Virus record (IMG/VR): IMGVR_UViG_3300025687_000001
Coordinates: 32,001 to 96,000 of that record
Length of the DNA: 64,000 bases
Direction: 5' to 3' (one strand)
Source of the DNA: a virus
In this document: in pieces, positions 36,621 to 47,800 of the stretch
How the letters are laid out: each line of letters starts with the position of its first letter
Position numbering within the stretch: the stretch's first letter is position 1
Notes under the pieces: generated by a model
The model's input: only the letters and a program-made list of their open reading frames with translations
The model's database searches: none
What the model was told of the DNA's origin: nothing
Position numbers and translations under genes: made by a program

Positions 36621-38257
36621 CAGGTCACCGCAGTGAGTGTGATTAGGTCCTCGAAGGTGACCACTTTCACTGTGCGGTCAGATACCTGGTGCGCCACCCG
36701 GTCGGTGTCTGAGTAGGTGCTGCCGTTCAGTAGAGACGAGTCCTCCACAGTGACCTTGTCCGTGGTTTGGTAGTGAATCTGGTCCCCGTTGGGAGCCTCA
36801 AGGCTGTAATTGACCGTAACCGGGTACCCAACACCGCGCACGTAAGTAGAGTACTGCCCTAAGAAGTAAGTCACTATATCTGTGACCCGCAGGTTTCCAG
36901 AGAACTGCGTGGTGTTGATGTACGTGGCGATAGAGGCCTTGGCGTCCGCTACCGGCAAGGCACCTGGGGCGTCTGCGCTAAGGTAGTAGTTGATGCTAAT
37001 CGACGTAACGACCGGGATGTGCGCGTAGGCCAGGGTATTGGCGTTAGCCACGCGCCGATTGCGGTCACTGAGAATGACATCTACGTTGTAGAGGTCTCGG
37101 AAGCCGTCAAACTCTACGAGCACCTCTCGCTCGGCCGCCACGGTAAGATTAGGCAGCAGTACCCTCACCTCCTGATCTAGCGACCCAAACAGCTTCGGAT
37201 CCGTTACAGAGATAGCGTATGTACTCGAGTCCTGTGCGGGAGTGCCGTTAACTCGCGTGTAATTAGTGCCATCTACAATCACACGCTTGATGCGTGCGTA
37301 GGGAAGCCCGGTAACAGCGTTAGTAGTGAGCGTGAGCTCGTTGACCAATTCATCAACTGTCGCTGGAGAGCCGCCTAAGGGGTACAGGACGGCCTTGCGG
37401 ATGGGCAGGAGACAGTAAACGTTGACGTGCCCCAGCACTCTAATCTGGGTTGCCGGGGGGTCCCCTACAGAGATCTCAACAATGTCTCTCCGCATTTCCA
37501 CGTCACCCGCCCCTACCACAGTAACTTCGTAGACGCTGGCTACCTCGTCTTTCAGGACCGTATCTATAGACCGAGCGGTAACCAGGTTCCGGGTGGCCAC
37601 CGCTGTCTTAGAGCGCTCCAGCAGTGCCGTGTTGGACTCTCCGTCTACCGCGGTGTCGAAGTTGGTCTCAGCCTCGATGTAGGTGATGTACGGAGAGAAC
37701 GCGTCGTACGACGCAAACCGACCTGCTGCGATGTTCCCTGCGGCACCGGGAATCTGACAAATCACGGGGACGTAGAGCAGGTACTCCGCCACAGACCCAG
37801 TAGAGTCCAACACCGCGGTCATGTGCGAGTCTCGTCCAAAGACTAACGCAGTGCTAGAGTCTACGCTGAACACCACTCCCGTGTCGTACACCAGCTCCGC
37901 CGTCAGTGGCACAGTCACGTCTTCCCCCACCTCGGGAGACAGGTGTACTGTGACTGTGCCTGTCGCCGCCGACCCGGTCTTTCTAGTGAGGAACCAGTTG
38001 GACGCCAGATCTTCCAGCGCTGCTGTGGCTTCTGTGACGTCCAGGTCCCCAATGCGCAGCAGGCTCTGGCGGTTGCGAATTGTGTCTGCTTCTCGCTCCA
38101 TGAGCGCGGGTAAGTAGGCTAGCGCTCTAATCACTACGTCGTTTAGAAACGAGCCTGGGCGGAAGTTACCAGCCGGAGCGTACTGCTCCATAGCGCTGCG
38201 AATCAGCCGCTCTGCGACGACTAGATCTTCCGCGTTGATGGTAACGTTCCCAGCCAC
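36620..38257 (-). CDS. Baseplate J-like protein
   Basis: LASNWFLTRKTGSAATG, GAAGNIAAG and DGESNTALLER. Confidence 0.85.
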   Translation of the reverse strand: MAGNVTINAEDLVVAERLIRSAMEQYAPAGNFRPGSFLNDVVIRALAYLPALMEREADTIRNRQSLLRIGDLDVTEATAALEDLASNWFLTRKTGSAATGTVTVHLSPEVGEDVTVPLTAELVYDTGVVFSVDSSTALVFGRDSHMTAVLDSTGSVAEYLLYVPVICQIPGAAGNIAAGRFASYDAFSPYITYIEAETNFDTAVDGESNTALLERSKTAVATRNLVTARSIDTVLKDEVASVYEVTVVGAGDVEMRRDIVEISVGDPPATQIRVLGHVNVYCLLPIRKAVLYPLGGSPATVDELVNELTLTTNAVTGLPYARIKRVIVDGTNYTRVNGTPAQDSSTYAISVTDPKLFGSLDQEVRVLLPNLTVAAEREVLVEFDGFRDLYNVDVILSDRNRRVANANTLAYAHIPVVTSISINYYLSADAPGALPVADAKASIATYINTTQFSGNLRVTDIVTYFLGQYSTYVRGVGYPVTVNYSLEAPNGDQIHYQTTDKVTVEDSSLLNGSTYSDTDRVAHQVSDRTVKVVTFEDLITLTAVT

Positions 38258-38259
38258 GC

Positions 38260-38679
38260 CTAGCCTCCGAGCAATGCAGTGGTGCTAAAGACAGCACCCG
38301 CCTGGTTCTCAATAAGAATACGCAGACGCAGCGTATCCCCATTCTCTAATTCCGCGGACTGCAACGTCAGAGCTTTCAACGACTCGTTCTTTGGGTAAGC
38401 ATACCGCGACTGTAAGTTCTTAATGTACTGAGTAGCGTGCTGTAGAGAAGCTACAGCTACCGAAACGACCTGGCCTTGGTCCACCGAACTGTTGACTAGC
38501 GAGGGCAAGTGCGTCCCCTCCCCTCGAGCGGTCGGTATAGACCCGTGTTCGGTAAGGAGCACGCGCATTACTAGCCCTGCTAGCACTGCGGGCCCCGACG
38601 CGCCTAGCAGAGACCCGTCCTCCGACGCTACCCACGCAGGCACGCCATCCGCAGAGAAAACGTACATGTCGTGAGTCAC
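38260..38679 (-). CDS. gp25-like baseplate wedge subunit
   Basis: LLTEHGS.P...EGT motif; size and position upstream of baseplate J fit. Confidence 0.65.
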   Translation of the reverse strand: MTHDMYVFSADGVPAWVASEDGSLLGASGPAVLAGLVMRVLLTEHGSIPTARGEGTHLPSLVNSSVDQGQVVSVAVASLQHATQYIKNLQSRYAYPKNESLKALTLQSAELENGDTLRLRILIENQAGAVFSTTALLGG

Positions 38680-38680
38680 T

Positions 38681-39136
38681 CTAGACCTCCGCGCTGCCCG
38701 TTACTTCGCCCGTCTCCAGATCAACCGCCTGTGTGTCCCGGATAGCCGGAGCCCCTTCTGGCTCTGTCTGCTGCCGGGTAAACAGATCCACTAGAAGGGT
38801 AGTAACTAGCTCTAGGTGTAGCTCGTCTTTTTGCGCAGTAGACAGCGCAGTACTCCAGTAGTCCAACCGGCTTTGTTTGCGCAAGGTGAGCGCTCGGGAC
38901 AAAGCTCGGATACGCGCGTAGAACTTGGCCTGCACACTCATCTGAGACGCGGACTCCGCAGCCGCCACCAGGTCGTGCAAGAACGTGCTATTCTCGAGCA
39001 CCGCCTCCAGCAGAAGAAGGTCGTCATTAGACAGCGCATACGCTTCGTTCTGCATGTGCAGAGTTTGCTTTAGCGCCTGAGCTCGCAAACCGTGAACGAG
39101 GTTGGTTAGCTCTTCCTGGAAGGACTGCGCTGGCAT
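38681..39136 (-). CDS. Hypothetical protein
   Basis: 151-aa ORF within the operon. Confidence 0.6.
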   Translation of the reverse strand: MPAQSFQEELTNLVHGLRAQALKQTLHMQNEAYALSNDDLLLLEAVLENSTFLHDLVAAAESASQMSVQAKFYARIRALSRALTLRKQSRLDYWSTALSTAQKDELHLELVTTLLVDLFTRQQTEPEGAPAIRDTQAVDLETGEVTGSAEV

Positions 39137-39137
39137 C

Positions 39138-39830
39138 TCACCCCATCTGCGAAGAAATCAGCTTCTTCAGTCTACGCTTCGTGTGCGAGATCTGCCCCGG
39201 CGTGAGCCCCGTCTTGCTCACTAGGTCTTTGGTGGAAAGCACTGGCGCGCCGCCGTACCCAGTAGTGTGCTCAAACACCGTTTGGTCACTGGGGTTTAGG
39301 TCGTAGTACACGAAGTCCAGCAGCCCAGAATCTTCGTCGGTGCCAAACCCATAGGGGATGGGCTGCGACGTGGAAAACTCGTTTCGTTGCTCCGACCTAA
39401 ATCGCGCCACCTCAGCCGGGCTCCACACTAGTTCCCCAGCAAGCTCCTCGTTGGTAGGCTCGCGCCCACTGGATTCTCGCAGACGCTCTTCAGCGTCTAG
39501 AAAGGTCTGGGCCTTAATAGTGCGGTGCTCGGGCATCCGCGCAGGCGAGGAGTGCGTGTAGACGATGCGGCTCAAGCCCTTGAGCTGGTTTGTCACGTGC
39601 GTGTTTAGCGCGGACTTAGAAGGGTTAAAGGTATTGAAAGCGTTAATAGCCAGAAGCTTAGCCTCGGCTCGCACAGCTTCGGGGGCCACCGCCCCGCCAG
39701 ACCACCGGTTCACTTCTTTCTCGATTACCGGAGTCATCTGCTTGAGCAGAGGGGACAGCGTCGTCTTCCCGGGCGCTGCCTGCCATTGTTGCCAGAGCTC
39801 AACGTCCTTTTCTTTTCTAGACATCGCCAT
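39138..39830 (-). CDS. Second sigma-70 family factor (FliA/SigF-like, divergent)
   Basis: AFNTFNPSK..LNTHV, ARMPE, GREPTNEELAGEL and a C-terminal HTH. Confidence 0.7.
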   Translation of the reverse strand: MAMSRKEKDVELWQQWQAAPGKTTLSPLLKQMTPVIEKEVNRWSGGAVAPEAVRAEAKLLAINAFNTFNPSKSALNTHVTNQLKGLSRIVYTHSSPARMPEHRTIKAQTFLDAEERLRESSGREPTNEELAGELVWSPAEVARFRSEQRNEFSTSQPIPYGFGTDEDSGLLDFVYYDLNPSDQTVFEHTTGYGGAPVLSTKDLVSKTGLTPGQISHTKRRLKKLISSQMG

Positions 39831-42711
39831 CGTCGTCTCCAGTCAGCGCTGTCGGTCTAAGAACCGCTTGCACATACTCAAGTAATAGCCGCTGCCAGTC
39901 CCTTCGGCTATCGGGCAAATCAGCGTAATTAGCGATGTACCCAACATTGAGCTTCGAGAAGACGGCGTCCGTAGCGCCTCCGTCCTCGTCCGCGTCTATT
40001 ACCGACAGCGTTAGCGGAGAGGCGAGCTCCGACCCCGGCTCTACCCCAGGTCCTCCGACGAACTGACGGATAACCGAGTAGTACGTGGGCACTCCAGCCT
40101 CTTCGATAGCACCGATGCGAACCCCCCGACCCCGACCTAGAGGGTCTAGGTTAGACTTGCCGCGCCCCGCTACTCGGTAGAAGTCTATGTAGTGTTCCAA
40201 CGGGCAGACTGGTCTAGCCACGTATCGCATCGCAGCGTCATGGTCGCTAAACAACTCCTTGGCCTCTGTCTTAGGCACTAGCGGTTTGTGTTCTTCTACG
40301 GGGGCAATCTGGTCTGCCGCGTAGTCAGAGAAGGCCGGGAGCTGCTCTTCTCTAGGGGTTAGCTTCCTCGTTAGAGCAAGCCGCCGCCCGTAATGATTGT
40401 AAAACCCGCCCCACTGCAACACCAGGCGGTGGTCGAACACCCCCGGGCTCGGGCACAACTCCTCGAACTTAGAGTCAATCGGGATGGAGCGTATAGTCTC
40501 CGTCCCGTTCTCCGCTCGCTCGGAGATTTCGTTTCTACGGAAAAGGATGCTGTACACTAAGTTCGCTGTGGGGATGTACTGTAAAGAATCTTGGATCTCC
40601 GCCACAGGATCCTGAGGGAAAGTGTCCAGGCCCCCGCCGTCTGCTACTGCTCCGACCAACACCTGGTTCAGCGTTCGGCCGAAGCTAAACTGAACGGACG
40701 TTGTAGCGTCTCGAGCACCGAAATTGTGCGTAACCGATAGGACGTGCCCCTGCACATGCATCCCCACCGCTTCCGAATCCAGGATCGTCATCGGGAACCC
40801 GGGCACCACGTACGGGTTGAAGCTGGAGCTAAGCCCGCCCTGCGCAGAGCCAAACTTGGCCGTGTAGTACTCCTGCTCCGCTAGCATGAAGTACAGCGCG
40901 TGCGTGGTATGCTTCTTGGCTAGCCGTTTCTCAGATGCTCGGATGTTCTGGCTAAGAGTGGCCGCATAAATGGGGTTGGTAGCCTGGACCTCCGATTCCT
41001 CCCTACGTAGCTCTAGAGCGTCCTTGTCCGCGGTAAACCTAGCGCTATTAGCTACTTCCTGCACTTTGTTGAATAGGGCAGGTACGTCCTTCTGCAGGAC
41101 CTGTGGGCCTAGGTAGTACTCCTCCGGGAAGATCAGAAATTCCGTGTCTGCCGTGGCTGCATTGCTGGCCCTAAAGGCGTGCCCGTCCACCACCGCAGGG
41201 AATCCTACGCGCGTAGCTGACGCTGCGTACCCCGCGCTAGACCCACTGACCTTCAGGTCCCGCAAAGCACCCTGCCGCTTGTAGTACACCCGAGTAGGGT
41301 GCGCCTGGTAGTTCTCCGACCACTGCCAGTTAGTCCACATAGACGGAAAGAACGTGTTGCACAGCGGCGGAAGCGCGAATCGCGCGTTGGGTTTAGTGAG
41401 GTACGAGGCAATGCTGAGCCGCCGCTTGTGTTGGGCTAAGTCGGCAGCCCAGGCAGCGGGGTCACTATCCTGGTGGTGTTCGAACGGTGCTACCGGCAGC
41501 CCGTACTTGTCCAACGTGGCAGACGGCGGAGCCATAACCTCGACGATGTCGTAGTACAGTGCGTTGAACACCCCGTGGAGCAGAGCCCACGCCGAACCAT
41601 GTTCTCCGAACTTCGTCCCCGAGTACCTAGCCAGGCTGCGGAACAGCTTCTTGGCCTTAACCGAGCGCAGCATCGGGAACACACCGCCGCCCAGCTTCCC
41701 GTCGATGGGGTCTTCTTCCCCCGGACGCCCTTCTAGATAGGGGAATGCCATCCAGTGCTCGAGGAAGCGCGTCAGCCGCATCCGCCGCGCGAAGTACCCC
41801 GTATGCGTGATGCTGCGGCTCTTGGCAGAGCGGTACTTGAGCTGCTGCTTAGCTTGCTCTGTAAACACGCGCGTCTGCAGCTCTACGTCCGACACTGACG
41901 AAAGGTTCGGGCTAGCTCTATCCGCCTTACCCGCGTAAGCCGCGTACCCCTCAACTAGCTGCGTGCGCTGAGCCTTATCGATATCCGCAGAGACAGAACT
42001 GCGCGCCTCCGCCAGACGTTGCTGGTACTGGGCCGCAGTTTCGCCAACAGGCGCGGTAGCTCTAGCCTTAGCCTCTGCGGCGGAGTTGACCAGGAGCTCC
42101 CTCTGAGTTTCCCACGCCGCCTTTAAGCGCTTTACCTCTGCAGTGATGTCTGTTGCAGACGTAGGAGTAGTCTTAGCGACCTCTCTGTGCTCCCCAAGCA
42201 CGGCGTAGAGAACGTTTTCGATGATGTCAAAAGGCCGCGTAATGGGCCGCCCTGTTCCTAGGTGTTGCTTGAACAGCGCGTCTGGGAATTTCCCCTTTAC
42301 ATTCAGTTGGTTAGGGAAATCTCTGTGTGGCTTGACGGACGTGCTGGACTGATTGTCGTCGCCCGACATGAAGTACAGGTAGAGCTGCGATAGCACGGTC
42401 ATGACGCTGCCTACCTTAAGCTTCATGGCTCGGTAGTTAGCGCTATTTACGTACTCCCACCCCGTGACCTCTCCCTCAAAAAGGAGGCACCACTGCGGGT
42501 GGTCCGCTTCGTACCAAAGGTCTAGGTAGAAGACCGCGACCTGTACGCGATCCTCCGCTCCTAATCGCGCGATGTACCGGTGCGGAGCTACCTCAATCGT
42601 CGCGGAGACCGGAGAGAAGACGCCGGACGTTACCGACATGGCGGACGAAGGAACGAGCACCCCGTTCAGGTAAACCAAGTACCTGCCGGGCTTGATGGAC
42701 GCGGAAGCCAT
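39817..42711 (-). CDS. Large tail/baseplate hub-like protein
   Basis: FEGEV and FNPYVVPGFP..I......G.V.SVTH; lies downstream of the tape-measure gene. Confidence 0.55.
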   Translation of the reverse strand: MASASIKPGRYLVYLNGVLVPSSAMSVTSGVFSPVSATIEVAPHRYIARLGAEDRVQVAVFYLDLWYEADHPQWCLLFEGEVTGWEYVNSANYRAMKLKVGSVMTVLSQLYLYFMSGDDNQSSTSVKPHRDFPNQLNVKGKFPDALFKQHLGTGRPITRPFDIIENVLYAVLGEHREVAKTTPTSATDITAEVKRLKAAWETQRELLVNSAAEAKARATAPVGETAAQYQQRLAEARSSVSADIDKAQRTQLVEGYAAYAGKADRASPNLSSVSDVELQTRVFTEQAKQQLKYRSAKSRSITHTGYFARRMRLTRFLEHWMAFPYLEGRPGEEDPIDGKLGGGVFPMLRSVKAKKLFRSLARYSGTKFGEHGSAWALLHGVFNALYYDIVEVMAPPSATLDKYGLPVAPFEHHQDSDPAAWAADLAQHKRRLSIASYLTKPNARFALPPLCNTFFPSMWTNWQWSENYQAHPTRVYYKRQGALRDLKVSGSSAGYAASATRVGFPAVVDGHAFRASNAATADTEFLIFPEEYYLGPQVLQKDVPALFNKVQEVANSARFTADKDALELRREESEVQATNPIYAATLSQNIRASEKRLAKKHTTHALYFMLAEQEYYTAKFGSAQGGLSSSFNPYVVPGFPMTILDSEAVGMHVQGHVLSVTHNFGARDATTSVQFSFGRTLNQVLVGAVADGGGLDTFPQDPVAEIQDSLQYIPTANLVYSILFRRNEISERAENGTETIRSIPIDSKFEELCPSPGVFDHRLVLQWGGFYNHYGRRLALTRKLTPREEQLPAFSDYAADQIAPVEEHKPLVPKTEAKELFSDHDAAMRYVARPVCPLEHYIDFYRVAGRGKSNLDPLGRGRGVRIGAIEEAGVPTYYSVIRQFVGGPGVEPGSELASPLTLSVIDADEDGGATDAVFSKLNVGYIANYADLPDSRRDWQRLLLEYVQAVLRPTALTGDDDGDV

Positions 42712-43541
42712 TAGTTGAAGCGTCCTACCTCACGCAGAGCACAAAAGATGCCTAGCAGCGTAACTGCCGCCGCGTGGGCTAGCAAGGGGCGCGTGCTGCG
42801 GTCCAGCGAGTCTTCGATTAATTGCACATAGACCTCAGGAACAATGTGCGCCGTAGACCGCAGAGCCGTGCGAGTGAGCTGCACCACCCGTGCTCTCTCA
42901 GCAAGCATGGTTTGAGCAGGCACCGAAGACTTGATGGGACCGGCGTAGACCGATGTCTCGTCAGGCCACGCTAGAGTCATGCAGCCCTCGAAGCGCTCCC
43001 GGTAGACTATCTGCCGTCCTCGACGAGCAGCTAAGGCCTCGTACGCGCCATCAGCAGGATCACTACAAAGACGAGCCAGCAGCGCAACCCTGAAGGTCTC
43101 CACAGCAGCGTTGCTGAACGCCTCTCCCATTGCAGTCTCTAGCGGCGTGGGCGTCGACCCATCGTACTCAGGGTTGGCTCGGGTGGTGTAGCTAAGGGTC
43201 TTGGAGGCAGAGTTGCCGCCAATGTCATCCACGCTGACTTCAACCTCGTACAACGTGTTGTGGGCCAGCAACGCAGTGTTCTGGATGCTGAGCTCGACTA
43301 CTTTGCTATCTCCGTCGTCCCAACTGTCGTAGAAACTGTCGTTCCAAGCACCGGCTTGGAGCGCGCCGTTGATGTACACATCGGTGCCGTTGACCGCTAC
43401 GTTGAGCGTAGCCAGGTCTAGACCCAGATCCCCCACGTCTCCGCGGTCGACTAGCTGGATGCGAAACACGGCTGCGCGGCTGACTCCGCTTGCGCTGTCT
43501 GCTGGGGTGACTGCGGCGATGTAGGGGGCTACGGCGGCCAT
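42711..43541 (-). CDS. Ig-like domain virion protein
   Basis: APYI...TPADSASGV and YEVEVSVDD..GN. Confidence 0.55.
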   Translation of the reverse strand: MAAVAPYIAAVTPADSASGVSRAAVFRIQLVDRGDVGDLGLDLATLNVAVNGTDVYINGALQAGAWNDSFYDSWDDGDSKVVELSIQNTALLAHNTLYEVEVSVDDIGGNSASKTLSYTTRANPEYDGSTPTPLETAMGEAFSNAAVETFRVALLARLCSDPADGAYEALAARRGRQIVYRERFEGCMTLAWPDETSVYAGPIKSSVPAQTMLAERARVVQLTRTALRSTAHIVPEVYVQLIEDSLDRSTRPLLAHAAAVTLLGIFCALREVGRFN

Positions 43542-43544
43542 GGG

Positions 43545-44678
43545 TTACTTAGAGCCTTTTCCAAACCGAAAAGAAGCTTCTAGCTTCCGTTTAACAGCAG
43601 CCGCACCCTCTACGAGCGTAGCCGCACCCTCTACGAGCGCTGCGGCAGACTCTTCTGTGCGCACAAGCGCTTGAATACTCCGCTTCCGGTTTACCAGGCG
43701 AAGTTGTTCCGCCGTTTCATCCGGAGACAGCCCGCCCTTCTTGTCCTTCTTCTTCTCCAGCTCGCTAAGTCGAGTAGAAATCGCGTTGTTTTCCTGCCTA
43801 AACGAGCAGCCGTCCAACCTCTTTGCTAGCGCTGCCATGTCCATGACCCGCCCCGCGTTTATATCTCTGGTAGCGGCAGGGGAGCCTTTAGTGCAGTCTA
43901 CCTTGCCACGGCCTTTGCGGTTGGGGCGCGGAGGCGGAGCAACGAACGCGGTGCGCGTAAACTGGTCCAAGGTGACGTAATCAACCGAAGGCACTGGAGC
44001 TGCTGCAAATAGGCTGGTGTCCCCGATAAACGCACGCTCCATGCGCTCCAGGTCTGCCTCGCGGCTGGCCCACATGTCATATTCGCTGGAGACAAGGAAC
44101 TCGAAGCTAAACTTCGCCCAATCGTCACTCTGGGCGCTGAGCACGTTGGTCATGCTCAGGATAGCCCCGGTGACCACCTTCCCATTGTAGGCTACCTGTG
44201 CTAAACGCTGCTGGTAGGAAAGCTGAGACCCCCGGAGAACCTGGTGGTACAGAGTATTTAGGGTACTCCGCCAGTTGTCTGTGTAGGTGTTCTCCAGCAC
44301 CCCCGAGAACGAGTAGACGCGAGGCTCCTCTCCAAAGAAGAGGGCGGCGTAGCTATCCCCGTTTAGAGGGATCAGCTGCGTTTTCTCAGTAGCCTTCTCT
44401 ACAACTTCTTGTAGGTAAAAACCTACGTAGGCTCCGCGTTGGAAGCTGGTCGCCGGCGCAGGGAGGGTAGTTAAGTCCCCAGTTAGGTAGAGACGAGCAA
44501 CGCGAAGATCGTTGTGGTTGTCTCGAGCTTCTGTGTAGTCGTACTTACGCGCGGTCAGGGGTCGCTCCGCGTAGACCCCCCTAGCTTCTGTACCCGGACG
44601 GCCGAGCGTGCCTCCGTAGTCGGTGTCCACGTCCCCGGCGATCTCAACGTCCAAACGCCTAGTGAACCAATCAGCCAT
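43545..44678 (-). CDS. Putative tail protein
   Basis: Lies in the tail module; FFGEEPRVYSFSG. Confidence 0.55.
   Translation of the reverse strand: MADWFTRRLDVEIAGDVDTDYGGTLGRPGTEARGVYAERPLTARKYDYTEARDNHNDLRVARLYLTGDLTTLPAPATSFQRGAYVGFYLQEVVEKATEKTQLIPLNGDSYAALFFGEEPRVYSFSGVLENTYTDNWRSTLNTLYHQVLRGSQLSYQQRLAQVAYNGKVVTGAILSMTNVLSAQSDDWAKFSFEFLVSSEYDMWASREADLERMERAFIGDTSLFAAAPVPSVDYVTLDQFTRTAFVAPPPRPNRKGRGKVDCTKGSPAATRDINAGRVMDMAALAKRLDGCSFRQENNAISTRLSELEKKKDKKGGLSPDETAEQLRLVNRKRSIQALVRTEESAAALVEGAATLVEGAAAVKRKLEASFRFGKGSK
43599..43640. repeat. 21-bp tandem duplication (in-frame, 7 aa)
   Basis: agccgcaccctctacgagcg(t/c) occurs twice. Confidence 0.9.
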
Positions 44679-44868
44679 CTGCACCCTGCTTCTGGAAGAT
44701 CACCGCGCTCTCTCGGTACAACACCGCAGCACTCAAAAGGTAGGGGTCCGGGCTTTGTAGGCTCACAACATTCAGCGTCTTGAACCCCTCAACGAGATCC
44801 TCGCACTTCGCTGCCAACACTGCTGCGCCGTCTGGATTGACTAGTCGTAGTCTAGCTCGTTCAGCCAT
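44671..44868 (-). CDS. Small hypothetical protein
   Basis: Overlaps both neighbouring genes. Confidence 0.5.
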   Translation of the reverse strand: MAERARLRLVNPDGAAVLAAKCEDLVEGFKTLNVVSLQSPDPYLLSAAVLYRESAVIFQKQGADG

Positions 44869-47800
44869 CAGGATATCTTCGCGTTCACGTAGTCAGTCAA
44901 AGCATATACAGACCCGACCAATTCACGGATCGAAAGATTGAGCGCGTCCGTCTCTTTGTTCAGCGCCTGATACTTGTTAGCCAGTTTCAGCGCTTCGGAC
45001 TGGTTTTCCTTGAGGGCTTTGTTGAAGAGCTCAATCTGGTCACCCGCTTCTTTGGTGCCGGCATCGCTCTTAGCGTCGGTGGAGCGCTTGCGTGTGGGGT
45101 CGACACTAGCTACGGCACTCCCGAGCACCCCTGCTTCTAAGAGCTCCATAGCCTGCGCAAAGCGCCCTTCTTTAGTGGTGTTGCCCTTACGCGCAAAGTG
45201 CTCCTCCCCAGCAGCCAAGCTTCGGATGCGTGTGAGCATGTCCCCAGCTTCGCTACCGGCCGCGCCCATGACTTGAACAGCGGCTTCCTTGCTTCCCAGG
45301 AACTTAGTGAGAAAATCTTCGTTGGATCCCCCCTCCCCAGCCAGCTCCTTAAGCTTTCGACTCCTAAACCCGGAACTAGTCAAGACGCGTTCGTCGTTGA
45401 TATGTAGTGCACCCAGGGCCGCGCTGAGGTGTCTGCTCTTCTCTAGCCCCTTTAGCTTCTCTTGGAACTCGGCGGTTTTGGCGCCCCAGTTGGTATTAGT
45501 GTCTTTTTTGGTGGATTCTCTAGCGTCCCTTAGCGCGGCTTTCAGCCCAGACGAGCCTTCTCCCTCGAGGACGCTTATAAGTCTGCGCGCGGCAGAGGAC
45601 TGTTCTCCTCCTTTGTCCGAGAGCGCCTGTAACTCCGAAATGTCCCCGCCGGTCTGGTAGAGAAGCTCCATGTCCTTGCCCGTGATGCCCGCTTTGGTGC
45701 CTTCTTGGGCTAGGAGCTGGAGAGTTTTTTGGTGCTCCCGGTGCTCAAAGGTAGTCTCCTCAAGGAAGGCGCTGCTCAAGTCCTGGGCGTAGGCGCGGCC
45801 GGTAGCGGATCTGGCGGAGTCCAACTTCACCTCTGTAATGGACCCAAAAACCTCCTTAGCAAGCTCCCCTTCGCTTCTAGCTCCGCTTAAGTTAACTCCG
45901 GAGAACCTCCCTACCTGGCGAGACAGAGCTCCTGCAGCGAGAGCGTTGTCTTCCGACTCTGCACTGAGGCGCTGGAACTCCGCGCCCATCTGGCTCTGAG
46001 ACGCCGTGCTGAGTACAGCAATCTTCTTCTGAAGTTCGGGATCTGCTTCCATCTCCCGAACAGTGCGGGGCTTCCTGCCGGCAGCAATGTCCTCCTTCTG
46101 TAGAACGCGGTAGATGGAAGTCTTAGCTCCCTGCTCTGCCAGCTTGGAGCTAAGAAACTTCGCACCCTTGGAAGAGCCGCCCTCTTTGTAGGTGTCAAAG
46201 GCGCGGCCTACGTTCTCTCGGTAGTGGGAGAACGCGGCAGCTACCACGTCTTTGCTTAGCTTACTAGCCTCAGCCATCTCGGCAGCGGAACGGTCCAGGT
46301 AAGCTCTGCGCCCCGAGCCAGTTCTAAACCTGCTCGACTCGCGGATAACAGAAGCGGCGCTGTCAACGTGCGCGGCGTGCCGCTGGAACATGGCCAGGTT
46401 TTCACCCGCCACCACGCTGTCACTCTTTAAGAACCGCGTAAAATCCGACCCCATGTGCCCGAAGCCCATATCCTCTAGCTGGTCAATGTTGGCTTCAGTA
46501 ACCGCGTAGTCCTTCTTGACCGACGCCGGAGAGATCCCCGAGAAATCCCCCGCCCTGAACTCGTCAAGAATGCTCTTGGACGGGCCTCCGCGACTGGACA
46601 GCAGGTACTGGTCCTCACTGACCCCTAGAGCCTTAGCTTCAGCAGAGACCTCTAACCCCGCCGTCGCTAGCGCTGCCCTACGCACTCCGAAGACGTCGCG
46701 AGCTGCGGACTTCTTGCGCTCAAACCACCGTACGGCACGGCCCCCAATGCCAAAGCGATCCTCTGCGTCCTGGTAGGAACGCTCTAACCGGTCTCGCTCA
46801 ATCAAGTCCTCTTGCTGCCGGGCTGCGCGAAGAGCTCCGGGGTTCTTGGCGAGCTCCATGTAACTCATGGCCCGCTCACGGCTGCCAGTTACGCGCGTAA
46901 GAGCCTGCAAGCCCGTCATGCCTCGATTCTCGCGCTTGGCCTGCTCCATCATCTGCCGCGCACGCGCGAAAACCATTGCTTGCTGCGTTTCAGGAGTCAT
47001 GTCCTCCTGGTACTCAGCAAACTGGTCCATAGCACCTTCTTCAAACATGGCTGCGCGCAACTCTTGCTGCCGCCGCGTAAGGCCCTTGCCTTTAATGAGC
47101 GCGCGCCCGCGCTTTTGTACGTCCTTGGCCGAGTAGCTTCCGAACGCCATCTCCTGGAACTTCATGGGGTCGAACGTCATGTCCGCGTTCAACGCCCCGA
47201 GCATCATGGTCCCTGCTTGAGTCGCCTGCATGTGCGCAGCGCCCCGCGTCAGGTGGGTGGCCATACCCTGCATACCGCCCAGCGCAGACAGTCGTCTATC
47301 GGAGATGAGGCCCCCGTCCACCATAGCCGTGGCGGACGCCAGTGCCGACCCACCCATAGCCAGCCCGGATCCAGCATTGAGTCCCATTTGGGCGTAGGTG
47401 CCCGCTGCTTCCCCACCAAACCCGGACATATAGGTCTGTAGCGTCATCCCCGCAGCTCGCGCAGCGGCGGTGAGTTTCTTGCCAAAATCCTGCTGCTGGA
47501 ACCTCGTAGAAGAGATGCCGAGAGATCGAGAGATAGACTGGAGCTCAATGGCATCCGCCTGAGTCAGCCCTTCTCCGAGATCCATGATGGTCTTGCTGAC
47601 CTTGGCCAGCTCTTTCACTCGGGCCACGATCTGCTCTGTGGATCCTGTGTGTCCGCGCATCAGGCCAGCCTCTTGGCCCAGCGCCATGGTGGACATCATG
47701 TCCTGCGTGCTGAAGCTGAAGCTCTCTACGGCGGCGCGGTCTAGCCCCTGGTAAATCTGCGCAGCAGAACGCGCGTTGATACCTCGCCCGGTCGGGCTGA

